From contig JACPGJ010000008.1 in the NCBI GenBank assembly GCA_016182555.1, forward strand, positions 386,555-450,554: a DNA stretch of 64,000 nucleotides. The letters run 5' to 3'. The position numbers and the translations under genes are program-made. A model generated the notes under the pieces. That model saw only the letters and a list, made by a program, of their open reading frames with translations. It was not told the DNA's origin and did not search any database. Below are positions 27,222 to 36,772 of the stretch, one piece after another (the first letter of the stretch is position 1; the number at the start of each line of letters is the position of its first letter). The DNA comes from Candidatus Kerfeldbacteria bacterium (GTDB lineage Bacteria > Patescibacteriota > Patescibacteriia > UBA9570 > XYC2-FULL-38-9).

Positions 27222-28763
27222 TTAATGTAAACGGCGAGTTTCAAAATGTAATTTTCCCCCATGTACTGCTTGAAGATACAAAAATGATTTTTCTACTGAT
27301 TTAAATTGTTCCTCTACCGATATTATTTCTGTTCCTACATCAATTGGCTGTGCTAAAAAAAATAATTTTTTTTGTATAGTTGAATCTTTCCCCCGTCCTA
27401 CCTGCACATTGATTTCAAATTGATTATAGTCCGCAGAAATTGATCGAGCAGTATCAGCATTACAAATGAGATAACGACCATATAATGTTCTCTCAACATC
27501 TCGCATAATAAATTCATGCTCTAATTTCATAAATCCAGATCGACCTTCTATTGCGTTCACTTGATCAATAAGCTGTATAAAATGCTGATTACGTTCTTCA
27601 CTAGGAATATTAGTGTTTACATTTTCAAAATATGCTGAAGTGACTACCTGCTCAAGTAAACCATTGTCAAATAAACGATCTAACTCTTTACGTTCATCTA
27701 CATAAGAAGTTGAACCTTTGTAAGCATTTTCTTGTTGATCGTCATCATAACCAGATAAACGAACGGCGAGCCATTCTGTAATGGCTTCGTTCAACCAGTT
27801 AAACTTCATCTCCCATGAATCATATTTTTTTACTACAACACCGCTTTTACGAGATAAAAGGTCATGAACTGAAGATAGAGGATTATCTTGTTTCGTGTAT
27901 ATGTTAATTGATTTGCCTGCAATTTCATGAAGTAATTCATGAAAAATTGTTTTTCTCAAACGTGTCAATAATTTTGGCTGTAGTTGCTCATTGCTTACAG
28001 TAATTTTACCAGTATCAGAATGATCCCCTAATTTCGAAGATAATATATCTTCCATTTTATCTTGCAAGCATACTGTAACATCATCTATACGTGATAATGC
28101 ATTTTCAGCTTCTTGCGGTAACCAGCCATTTGTTACTGCTTCTTTTACTGCTTGCTTAAATTCTTGCTTTGTTTGCTGAACAAATTGTTCTAATTGTTCT
28201 TCCTGTTGTTGAACATGTTCTGAATGCTGTTTTGCGACTGCAAATAACAAATCGTCTGAAATGGAACCATCAGCAATTTTTCCATATAAGTTAGATGCTG
28301 TAAATTGAGAAAAATCATTACCAAAATGCTTTTGTAATTCTGCACGTATCCCGCTTGCACCAAACATCTGTTGTATTTCACTCATAACAAAGCCTCTTGC
28401 TCTTTCAAATTTATCATATATGAATAATTGCTCTAAATTTTGGACCATCCGTAGAAAAGGTGCACGGATGAATTCACTCATTTCTTTTTTCAATTGCTCA
28501 ATCAATTTAGTATTATGAGATATTCTACTTTGAATTGATTCCGTGCTGAGATTAGAATGACCGACTGAATCTAATTCTTGCTGTAATTCGTTGTTTTGTT
28601 GCTGCACATGCTCAATATCTTGCTTGTTACGTTCATAGATCTGCATGCCAACTCGTGCAAATACACGACTACTAGCAAAGCGACGGCTATTTTTGCGCTC
28701 TTTTATATATACGGCGTCACTCTCCGGTACCTGTGTACGAATTGACCAATTTTCATGTTGCAT
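27222..28763 (-). CDS. Hypothetical zincin-like protein with N-terminal coiled coil
   Basis: IFHELLHE plus WLNEAITE; AT-rich. Confidence 0.6.
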   Translation of the reverse strand: MQHENWSIRTQVPESDAVYIKERKNSRRFASSRVFARVGMQIYERNKQDIEHVQQQNNELQQELDSVGHSNLSTESIQSRISHNTKLIEQLKKEMSEFIRAPFLRMVQNLEQLFIYDKFERARGFVMSEIQQMFGASGIRAELQKHFGNDFSQFTASNLYGKIADGSISDDLLFAVAKQHSEHVQQQEEQLEQFVQQTKQEFKQAVKEAVTNGWLPQEAENALSRIDDVTVCLQDKMEDILSSKLGDHSDTGKITVSNEQLQPKLLTRLRKTIFHELLHEIAGKSINIYTKQDNPLSSVHDLLSRKSGVVVKKYDSWEMKFNWLNEAITEWLAVRLSGYDDDQQENAYKGSTSYVDERKELDRLFDNGLLEQVVTSAYFENVNTNIPSEERNQHFIQLIDQVNAIEGRSGFMKLEHEFIMRDVERTLYGRYLICNADTARSISADYNQFEINVQVGRGKDSTIQKKLFFLAQPIDVGTEIISVEEQFKSVEKSFLYLQAVHGGKLHFETRRLH

Positions 28764-28963
28764 ATGAATTATTTAGCAATAAAGAAAAATCGAGTATCAT
28801 GTATTGGCATATTTTGAATACCATTTCTGAATAACCTGCTTGGCTGACTACTGACGATGAAATTCGAACATATTATACCCAAAATTCGCATGAAACGAAA
28901 TAGGTTTGCTTAAAAAAAGAAATACTATCGCTATTGATAAATGAATGAATTCTATGTACACAA

Positions 28964-29701
28964 TTATTCACTCTTCTGTTCTTCTTTTAGTTTCGCAAAT
29001 TCTTCATTAAGAACACGTATAGCATAAGCATACTCTTTATCACTCATTTTGTCGGCTCCCAAAAACGGATTTTTTTTGAGCTTCTTTATAGATTGCTCTA
29101 TTTTTAATACGAACTGAACTATAGTTTGTTTGACTAATTTCTCTATTTCAGAACGAGACACCGATTGTATATCTTCTTCTGATATTTCTGATTCGTCCGC
29201 ATGAAATGCTACATATAATTGTTTTTCCAACGTATCAAGTTCTGGATAACTACGGGGTTCTCTGTAATATTCTATAGACCTTGCGCATACAGAAAGCCTT
29301 CCATTAATTGTCGCCATAAAACTATTACGTAAATCGTGTATATTCATAGCAGGAGGTGCAGCGACAGTGAAGCGCAGGCGTAATAATTTCTGCTCCTTCA
29401 TTTCATCACTTAATGATGGGTCATTTTCTATTGCCTGACGCTTATCTACTAAGACTTTTGTAAAGTCTGTTTCATCTGCAATCCTTTCTAATGCATTTGA
29501 AATAGCCTCATCATATAATCTTGTTTCCGCTGCACATTGTTGAATAACTTTCACCTGTGTTTCTAAATCACTACTAACCGCTTGTGTAAGCTTTTGCACA
29601 ACAACAGTAAGTGAACCCTCAAACGGAAGTTCATAGACTCTCTCACGTTCCTGCTCCGCTGTTCTTTTTGGACCATCTAACCCCATTCTGTTTTCTCCCA
29701 T
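28964..29701 (-). CDS. Hypothetical helical protein
   Basis: 245-aa AT-rich ORF; no motif recognised. Confidence 0.6.
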   Translation of the reverse strand: MGENRMGLDGPKRTAEQERERVYELPFEGSLTVVVQKLTQAVSSDLETQVKVIQQCAAETRLYDEAISNALERIADETDFTKVLVDKRQAIENDPSLSDEMKEQKLLRLRFTVAAPPAMNIHDLRNSFMATINGRLSVCARSIEYYREPRSYPELDTLEKQLYVAFHADESEISEEDIQSVSRSEIEKLVKQTIVQFVLKIEQSIKKLKKNPFLGADKMSDKEYAYAIRVLNEEFAKLKEEQKSE

Positions 29702-29728
29702 AAATATATCGTTAAGAATCTTTATAAT

Positions 29729-30853
29729 TTATTTCGCTTGAATAACAGTTACATTATGTTCATTATCAAAATCATGCTCCATAGGTCTGAGCAATGGATG
29801 TTGTTCAGCTAAATCTATAAACTTATCTTTTAGTTCAGCTAACTCACTTACCCTATAGCGCAAGGATGAAGAAAAAATAGCGTATCCTCCTGGCTTTACC
29901 AGAGATAACGCATTAAACAACGCTTCTCCATATACACTGTCTACTTCTGTGACAAATGTCATAGTGGAAATAACGGCATCATATTGTTGATTTCTAATGT
30001 TCTCAGGCACTGTATGCATATCAGAAATATCTCCTCTATGCACGATAGAATCATCCGGATCATTTGGAAATTGTATATCCAACCCAAATACTTCTGCACC
30101 AAATTCTTGAAGGGACTTCACGAACCTTCCTTGTCTTCCACATCCAATATCTAAAATGCGCATGCCTTGTAACACTTGTCTTTCTTTTAATTCATTTATG
30201 TTGGTTTTTTCGTAGCTTTCTCTTTGAGTTTTTAAAACTGTAGATAACACTTCTGTATTTTCCGGTCTTTCTAGGGCATATCCTAACAACATACCCATAG
30301 TGTATCCTAAATACTTAGAACCTTCTGTCCTCGTATCATAAAAACCGGAGGATATTAACCATTTACTCCGTAAATAATGATGAGCTCTATGTATCAAGCC
30401 AGATCGCATCCGTTGTTTTATTTTTGCATCATCCATGAATTCATAAAATGCTTCAGGGTGGGCAATGAAATTACGAATGTCGTTTAAACTATAGAGTTGA
30501 ATATCGTTACTATAATGTTTGACCGGAATATGCCCAACACATTTACTCTCTACACTATATTTTTTACTTTTATTAACGGTTACCCAAGCACCGTTTTCAT
30601 TTACATAACGTACACTGTATCCAGTGTATAGTTCGCTTTCCGGTAATGGTTCAACCGAGAATGAGATATCTGGAAACGCCACTTGTAGTGCTTCAATTAT
30701 TTGATCTGAGGAAAGATATTCAGGATTCAAATACCATGGTCTTTCCGGATTATAACGCTTGGGAAAAAGCTTTTGCCATTCTTCTGTAATACGCTGAGCA
30801 GTTGATTCATGCTCTATATTTTGATTTGGGGTACCAAATTTTTCCTCCCTCAT
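29729..30853 (-). CDS. Protein with C-terminal class I SAM methyltransferase domain
   Basis: RILDIGCG, GLD, YDAVIST, VKPGG; start taken at ATG 30853. Confidence 0.75.
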   Translation of the reverse strand: MREEKFGTPNQNIEHESTAQRITEEWQKLFPKRYNPERPWYLNPEYLSSDQIIEALQVAFPDISFSVEPLPESELYTGYSVRYVNENGAWVTVNKSKKYSVESKCVGHIPVKHYSNDIQLYSLNDIRNFIAHPEAFYEFMDDAKIKQRMRSGLIHRAHHYLRSKWLISSGFYDTRTEGSKYLGYTMGMLLGYALERPENTEVLSTVLKTQRESYEKTNINELKERQVLQGMRILDIGCGRQGRFVKSLQEFGAEVFGLDIQFPNDPDDSIVHRGDISDMHTVPENIRNQQYDAVISTMTFVTEVDSVYGEALFNALSLVKPGGYAIFSSSLRYRVSELAELKDKFIDLAEQHPLLRPMEHDFDNEHNVTVIQAK

Positions 30854-31087
30854 AGGTATATTATTAATGATTGAGCTCTCTTTGGCAACCATGTGTCGTG
30901 CTGCGTTCTCTTTCGCAGCACTTTGCCACGATCAAGGAACTTTATATACTATCAAATGTTTGAAATTTTTACACTTATATTTATTAACAAGGCATGAATT
31001 TAGAAAATGATCCACTTATAATAAAGAGTATTTTAAAAATATAATGTCAAAAAACGTGACATTATTAAAATTCTATGACATAATAGC

Positions 31088-31855
31088 ATGATGAATATCC
31101 AACAATCCCTGCAAGAATTTGGAATGACTGAACGTGAAGCTACAATCTACACAACACTTCTCCAAATAGGTGAAGGCAGTATTTTGGATATAGCAAAAAA
31201 TTCCAGCTTAAAGCGACCAACTATTTATACTGCCATGGAAGCCTTGGAAAATAAGGGGCTAATTTATCGTGTTATGCACGGGAAACGGACAAAATTTAAA
31301 GCAGCTCCGCCGCAAATGTTGCAATTGTTTTTGAAAAAAAGGGAACAACAGTTAACCGATTTACTGCCACAGTTGGAAGTTATGAGTAACTCTTCTTCTG
31401 GGGCAAAGCCAGAAATTCGCTATTTTGAAGGAAAAGAGGCGGTGATGTCATTATATCGTGCATTATTCACACGACTGGATAAAAAAGATGAAATATATTT
31501 TATTTCTTCAATTCGTGATCTCAAAATCAACTTTGCGGAACTGATGCATTATTTTGATGCACAATCTATCAAATGGCAGTGGAAAGTTCGCGAAATTGTG
31601 CCACACACAGCAAGCTCTCTTCAATACGTTCAAGAACATGGTCGTTCAGTGAATAAAAATTCACTACATTCTGTGCGCCTATTGCCGAAGGGATTGGATC
31701 TCTTTGATATGGAAATGATAATGACTAAAAATGCCATTATTCTTATTTCCGTTCAAAAAGAGATATTTGCGCTCTCAATGCATAGTCAAGCATTTGTGGA
31801 ATCATTTCGCTCCATTTTTCAAGCAGCTTGGATGGTTTCTATTGAACCAAAATAG
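31088..31855 (+). CDS. TrmB-family transcriptional regulator
   Basis: FGMTEREATIY..LL.IG...LKRPTIY..ME.L..KGLI wHTH; KPEIRYFEG. Confidence 0.88.
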   Translation: MMNIQQSLQEFGMTEREATIYTTLLQIGEGSILDIAKNSSLKRPTIYTAMEALENKGLIYRVMHGKRTKFKAAPPQMLQLFLKKREQQLTDLLPQLEVMSNSSSGAKPEIRYFEGKEAVMSLYRALFTRLDKKDEIYFISSIRDLKINFAELMHYFDAQSIKWQWKVREIVPHTASSLQYVQEHGRSVNKNSLHSVRLLPKGLDLFDMEMIMTKNAIILISVQKEIFALSMHSQAFVESFRSIFQAAWMVSIEPK

Positions 31856-31866
31856 CAGTCTACTTT

Positions 31867-32589
31867 TTAGGCATGATGATTGTGATGCTCACAATGTTTG
31901 TTATGCTGACCTTTCTCTGTACGGATCACCTGTCCATCCTCAAACCAAATCACTGTTTTTGCAATTTCTTGTAAACGCATATCATGACTGACAATAACCA
32001 CTGAACGATTTTCTGTACAGGCTATACTACAGAGCAATTTCATCACTTCATGACCAGATGTTGAATCGAGGTTTGCTGTTGGTTCATCTGCTAAAATGAG
32101 CGTTGGATTATTGACCAGTGCCCGAGCAATAGATACACGCTGTTTTTCACCACCTGAGAGATCACGTGGAAGATTATGTAAACGACCTCCTAAGCCAAGT
32201 TTTTGTAATGCTCCTGTAGCAATCATCATGGCCTCCTTTTTACTCTTTCCTGCGGCAATCAGTGGAACGGCGGTATTTTCTTGGGCAGTGAGTGAAGCAA
32301 GTAAGTTAAACGATTGAAAGATAAAACCGAGTTCTTTTAATCGTAATTGCGCTAATTCCTGTTCATGTAAATTGCCTAACACCTTTCCATGAATTTTAAC
32401 TTTGCCTTTTGATGCTTTGAGTAATGCACCAATCATAGTAATAAGTGTAGTTTTGCCAGAACCACTGGGACCCATAATGAGCATGATATCTCCTTTTTTT
32501 ACGTTCAAAGATACATCATTCACTGCGGTGACTTGTGTATTTCCAGAACCGTATATTTTGGATAAATGTTCTATTTCTGCAACAAACAT
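31867..32589 (-). CDS. ABC transporter ATP-binding protein (LolD/MacB-like) with His-rich tail
   Basis: GPSGSGKT, LSGGEKQRV, ILADEPT; ends QHNKHCEHHNHHA; start taken at ATG 32589. Confidence 0.93.
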   Translation of the reverse strand: MFVAEIEHLSKIYGSGNTQVTAVNDVSLNVKKGDIMLIMGPSGSGKTTLITMIGALLKASKGKVKIHGKVLGNLHEQELAQLRLKELGFIFQSFNLLASLTAQENTAVPLIAAGKSKKEAMMIATGALQKLGLGGRLHNLPRDLSGGEKQRVSIARALVNNPTLILADEPTANLDSTSGHEVMKLLCSIACTENRSVVIVSHDMRLQEIAKTVIWFEDGQVIRTEKGQHNKHCEHHNHHA

Positions 32590-32602
32590 ATAGATCAAGG
32601 AA

Positions 32603-33715
32603 TTAATTTTTAAATACCTCTGCTGGATCAATGGACGCCAAACGACGAACCGGGATATAGGTTGCAATAAGCGCCATTCCAATAGTAGCGCCGAACACCC
32701 ACACAATATCGATCAGTCTAAACTCAGTCATAAAACCTGCCACAAAATAGCGTGATAATCGAGCAACAGGATATGCAAGAATTAATCCAACAACATACCC
32801 AATGATTCCTGAAACAAGGGATTGAAACATGACAATGGCGTAGAGTTGTCGGTGAGTAACACCAATTGCTTTGAGCACGCCATATTCACGTGATTTTTCT
32901 ACAGTCGCCGAATAAATCGTAACACCGATGACCGCACTTCCGATAATGAACCCGATAATGACTAATACGTAAATAATAGGTAAGAAGCTATCTTTGATCA
33001 CTTGACGAGATGTATCAACAAACTCTTGCTTTGTTAGAACTTTGACACCTGGAATATCATTGATAATGGTATTTTTAATTTTTTCCTGATCTGCTTGCGG
33101 TGCAACTTGAATAACATAAAAGTTGACTTTGTCGCCTAATTGAAATAATTCCTTTGCCTCATTGAGTGTGACAAAGGCATATTGAAAAACCATCATGTTT
33201 CCACCACTTGAGATACCTCCTATCTTCAGCTTGCGTTCAGCAATCTGTATTTCATCACCAATGTTAAGATGCTGTTTTTTTGCAAACACCTCATCAATAA
33301 TGATTTCTCCATCTTTAAGGTCTTCCCATCGTCCATCTTCCATTGTTTTGGGTTTTCCAAAACCGGTTGCGGGATCCACTGCAACAATAAATAAAGACGT
33401 GTCTTCTCCATTCAATTTCAGTAACGTTTGACGGCCAAGGTATGGGTGAACCGTATTTACTCCATCGATCTGTTTCAGTTGGTCTGATAAATTATTGGGT
33501 AGAAATGATAATGCGTGGAACATATCTCCTACTCCATCCTGTTCGACCCATAAATCAGCTGGGATACTCTTGGGATACGCCCCCATGGATTCATTCCATC
33601 CTTCGTATAATCCATTGAGTAAAATAATAAGCACTACAGCAAAAGCAACGCCTCCTATACTCATGAAGAGTTTTGTGCGCTCTTGAAGTAAATTTTTTAA
33701 AGCGATAAATAACAT
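32603..33715 (-). CDS. ABC transporter permease (MacB/FtsX type)
   Basis: One N-terminal TM, an extracytoplasmic core, REYGVLKAIG, three C-terminal TMs, DPAEVF. Confidence 0.9.
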   Translation of the reverse strand: MLFIALKNLLQERTKLFMSIGGVAFAVVLIILLNGLYEGWNESMGAYPKSIPADLWVEQDGVGDMFHALSFLPNNLSDQLKQIDGVNTVHPYLGRQTLLKLNGEDTSLFIVAVDPATGFGKPKTMEDGRWEDLKDGEIIIDEVFAKKQHLNIGDEIQIAERKLKIGGISSGGNMMVFQYAFVTLNEAKELFQLGDKVNFYVIQVAPQADQEKIKNTIINDIPGVKVLTKQEFVDTSRQVIKDSFLPIIYVLVIIGFIIGSAVIGVTIYSATVEKSREYGVLKAIGVTHRQLYAIVMFQSLVSGIIGYVVGLILAYPVARLSRYFVAGFMTEFRLIDIVWVFGATIGMALIATYIPVRRLASIDPAEVFKN

Positions 33716-33728
33716 AAAAAATAGTGTA

Positions 33729-35804
33729 TTAAATTAATTGATGCTCTACTCGTTTTAACAACACTGCATTCGTGGCCACAATAATAGAGGAGCCAGACAT
33801 TAACAACGCTGAAATTTCGGGACGTAAGTACCAACCAAACGTGGTGTAGAATACACCAGCTGCTACGGGAATGGCTAATATATTATAAATCGCTGCCCAA
33901 AACAGATTTTGTTTCATTTTTCTTACTGTCGCTTTACTTAATTGAATCGCTCGAACAATATCAAAGGGGTCTGATTTCATAAGCACTACACTAGCCGTTT
34001 CTATGGCTACATCGGTACCAGCGCCAATCGCAATGCCAATATCGGCTTGAGCTAATGCGGGCGCATCATTCACGCCATCACCCACCATTGCTACAAATTT
34101 ACCTTCATGTTGTAGTTGTTTCACATGATCGGCTTTTTTAGCTGGTAAGACATTGGCAAAAATTCGTTGAATACCAAGTTTCTTACCCACAGCTTCCGCT
34201 ACCGCCTGATGATCGCCTGTAATCATAGCAGGTTCAATCCCTAGCTCTTGTAAAGCAATAATGGCTTGCTTGGCGGTGGATTTAATAGTATCCGCTGCGG
34301 CAATAATGCCAGCACACTTGTCATTAACCGCTACAATGATTACTGTTTTACCTTCTTGCCCTAACTGTTGAATTGATTCTTGGATACTCATAGTATCAAT
34401 CTTCTGCTGTCTGAATAAATCTTCTTTGCCTACTAAAATAGTTTTACCTGCGATAGTTGCTTTTAAACCATAGCCAGTAATGGATTCAAAGTGTTCTACA
34501 GTATCCTTTAAACTAATCTTACGTTGTTGTGCTTCAGTCACCACAGCTTTCGCTAAAGGATGATTTGAGCCAGCCTCAACTACTGCTGCGTATTCGAGTA
34601 CTTGCGTTTCAGAAAATGCGTTCACCGCTATTACATCCGTCACTTTAGGTTTACCCTCTGTGAGGGTACCTGTTTTATCTAGCACAATAGCTGTTATTTT
34701 AGAAACATTTTCAAGCGTGGCAGCATCTTTAATTAAGATATTATGTTTTGCACCAATCCCTGTGCCAACCGCTACTGCAGTAGGCGTGGCTAAACCCAAG
34801 GCATCCGGACAGGCAATGACCACAGCTGAAATGGCAAAGGTAAGCGCTGTAATAAAGTTCACTTCACCAAATACAAACCAACCCACAAATGTAATGACAC
34901 CCGAGCCAATAGCTAGAATCACTAGCCAGGCAGCGGCTTTGTCGGCAATGCGTTGCCCAGGGGCTTTGGAATTTTGAGCGGTTTCAACTAACTTAATGAT
35001 TTGAGCCAGTACAGTTTCTGAACCTACTTGGGCAGCGGTAAATTTTAATACCCCCGTTTGATTCACTGAACCACCAACGACTTGATCGCCTTTTTGTTTG
35101 GTGACGGGAATAGATTCACCAGTGACTAATGATTCATCGACCGCAGATTCACCTTCAATTACTGCACCATCAACAGGAATTTTATCGCCAGGTTTTACTA
35201 GAACAATATCGTTATGCTGAATGTCTTTACTATCCACCTGTAACTCTTTACCGTCTCGAATTACGATCGCTTGTGGTGGTATTAAATCAAACAACGCTCG
35301 TAATGCATCCGACGTTCCTCGCCTGGACCTCATCTCCATCCAGTGGCCAAACAACACGAATGTCACTAATAACGCTGCTGCTTCATAAAAGCTCTCCCCA
35401 CCAACCGTAAACGTAAGTAATACACTAAATAGATATGATGCTAACACACCCGTCGCAATGAGCACCGACATGTCTAATTTGCGAGCTTTGAGCGCATAAT
35501 AGGTACCGGTAATAAAAATAGACCCTGCCCAGAACACCACCGGTGTCGTTAAGATAAATAATATCCAGTTCACAGGTATCGGTGCAGGTAACACAATCTT
35601 CAGCACATTCATACCAACAGGTGAATACAAAAAGATGGGAATCGATAAAATAAAAGAAATTAAAAATCGTCGTCGCATATCGGCTTCCATCTGTTTGGCC
35701 ATGCGCGGGTCGGTCATGGCTGCAGCATGATCGTGATGACTCATGTGCTGCATGGAATTATCTGTGTGTTTCGCTGTATGTTCCAAGTGTTGATGATCCT
35801 CCAT
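33729..35804 (-). CDS. Heavy-metal (copper) P1B-ATPase with His-rich N-terminus and CPD motif
   Basis: [32 protein letters not shown] and MSGSS. Confidence 0.92.
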   Translation of the reverse strand: MEDHQHLEHTAKHTDNSMQHMSHHDHAAAMTDPRMAKQMEADMRRRFLISFILSIPIFLYSPVGMNVLKIVLPAPIPVNWILFILTTPVVFWAGSIFITGTYYALKARKLDMSVLIATGVLASYLFSVLLTFTVGGESFYEAAALLVTFVLFGHWMEMRSRRGTSDALRALFDLIPPQAIVIRDGKELQVDSKDIQHNDIVLVKPGDKIPVDGAVIEGESAVDESLVTGESIPVTKQKGDQVVGGSVNQTGVLKFTAAQVGSETVLAQIIKLVETAQNSKAPGQRIADKAAAWLVILAIGSGVITFVGWFVFGEVNFITALTFAISAVVIACPDALGLATPTAVAVGTGIGAKHNILIKDAATLENVSKITAIVLDKTGTLTEGKPKVTDVIAVNAFSETQVLEYAAVVEAGSNHPLAKAVVTEAQQRKISLKDTVEHFESITGYGLKATIAGKTILVGKEDLFRQQKIDTMSIQESIQQLGQEGKTVIIVAVNDKCAGIIAAADTIKSTAKQAIIALQELGIEPAMITGDHQAVAEAVGKKLGIQRIFANVLPAKKADHVKQLQHEGKFVAMVGDGVNDAPALAQADIGIAIGAGTDVAIETASVVLMKSDPFDIVRAIQLSKATVRKMKQNLFWAAIYNILAIPVAAGVFYTTFGWYLRPEISALLMSGSSIIVATNAVLLKRVEHQLI

Positions 35805-35851
35805 ATATATTACTGATTTATCATAACATATTTACATGCAAAAAACTTCAT

Positions 35852-35959
35852 TCAGTGCATTTGATTGTGATCACGAGCATTTGAATGATCCTTATTTTCG
35901 GCATGATGTCCGCCATGCATAAACAGGTGAAAAAATCCGATTTTTGCTTGTTTTTTCAT
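35852..35959 (-). pseudogene. DUF2933-like remnant
   Basis: HLFMHGGHHAENKDHSNARDHNQMH* is out of frame with ATG 35959, and the TM part is missing. Confidence 0.5.
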
Positions 35960-35969
35960 AGGTGTGCTA

Positions 35970-36239
35970 TTATTTTTTCTTTGATAGTTTATACACATTC
36001 ATGATCTCTCCTGTTGCTTTAGCAATATTTCCACTCTTCATCTGCTGCGCAACACATCCTGAAAGATGATTTTCTAAAATAAGATCTTCCACGGAAGAAA
36101 GCGCCTGTTTAACCGCTGCTGATTGAGTCAATATATCAATACAATATGTTCCTTCTTCAAGCATGCGTTGTAATGCACGCACTTGTCCTTCAACTATTTT
36201 TAGGCGACGAATCCCTTTGGTTTTATTGTCTTTCTTCAT
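35970..36239 (-). CDS. csoR: CsoR/RcnR-family metal-sensing repressor
   Basis: RL..VEGQVRAL.RM.EE..YC.DIL.Q..AV..AL...ILENHL.GC (C-H-C ligand set). Start taken at ATG 36239 because 36248 overlaps the -10 box. Confidence 0.9.
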   Translation of the reverse strand: MKKDNKTKGIRRLKIVEGQVRALQRMLEEGTYCIDILTQSAAVKQALSSVEDLILENHLSGCVAQQMKSGNIAKATGEIMNVYKLSKKK

Positions 36240-36246
36240 ATGTGTC

Positions 36247-36275
36247 ATTATACCCCTCTAGGGTATATAGATCAA
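36247..36275 (-). promoter_or_regulatory. csoR promoter with CsoR-type operator in the spacer
   Basis: Minus strand TTGATC-17-TATAAT enclosing TATACCCCTCTAGGGTATA (36249-36267). Confidence 0.85.
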
Positions 36276-36377
36276 ATTATTGGAAAATTATTGTATAAAA
36301 TATTTTAACCTATTGCTATTCTGTTTTTTATGGACTATACTTTGTACATAATCAATAAAATTATTAAGGAGGAATTT

Positions 36378-36704
36378 ATGGACAACAAAATTTTAACAAC
36401 AGTAGTAATAACACTTATTGTTGCTGGACTTGGTGGGTTTTATATCGGTAGAGCAAACCAACCATTCTCAAATTCATATATGCAGGGTTCTGCTTCAATG
36501 ATGAAAGAAAACGGAACAACAATGACGCAAATGGGACAAATGATGATGGGCGGAGGAAAAATGATGAAAGAAAAGGGCACACAGTACAATGACACTGACA
36601 TGATGCAACAAGGAAAAGAATGGGAAACAAAAGGACAAATGATGAATGATAAAGGTACAGAAATGATGGGTCGAGGCAACGGCATGATGGACATGATGAA
36701 ATAA
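36378..36704 (+). CDS. Membrane-anchored methionine-rich protein
   Basis: AAGGAGG SD before ATG 36378; one TM followed by repeated G..MM units (21 Met in 108 aa). Confidence 0.8.
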   Translation: MDNKILTTVVITLIVAGLGGFYIGRANQPFSNSYMQGSASMMKENGTTMTQMGQMMMGGGKMMKEKGTQYNDTDMMQQGKEWETKGQMMNDKGTEMMGRGNGMMDMMK

Positions 36705-36718
36705 CAAACGTATCTAAA

Positions 36719-36757
36719 TAAAAATACTCCCCTGAAATTATTGGGGAGTATTTTTTT
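36719..36757. terminator. Bidirectional intrinsic terminator
   Basis: AAAAATACTCCCC...GGGGAGTATTTTTTT between convergent genes. Confidence 0.85.
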
Positions 36758-36772
36758 GTATAACAGGTATAT

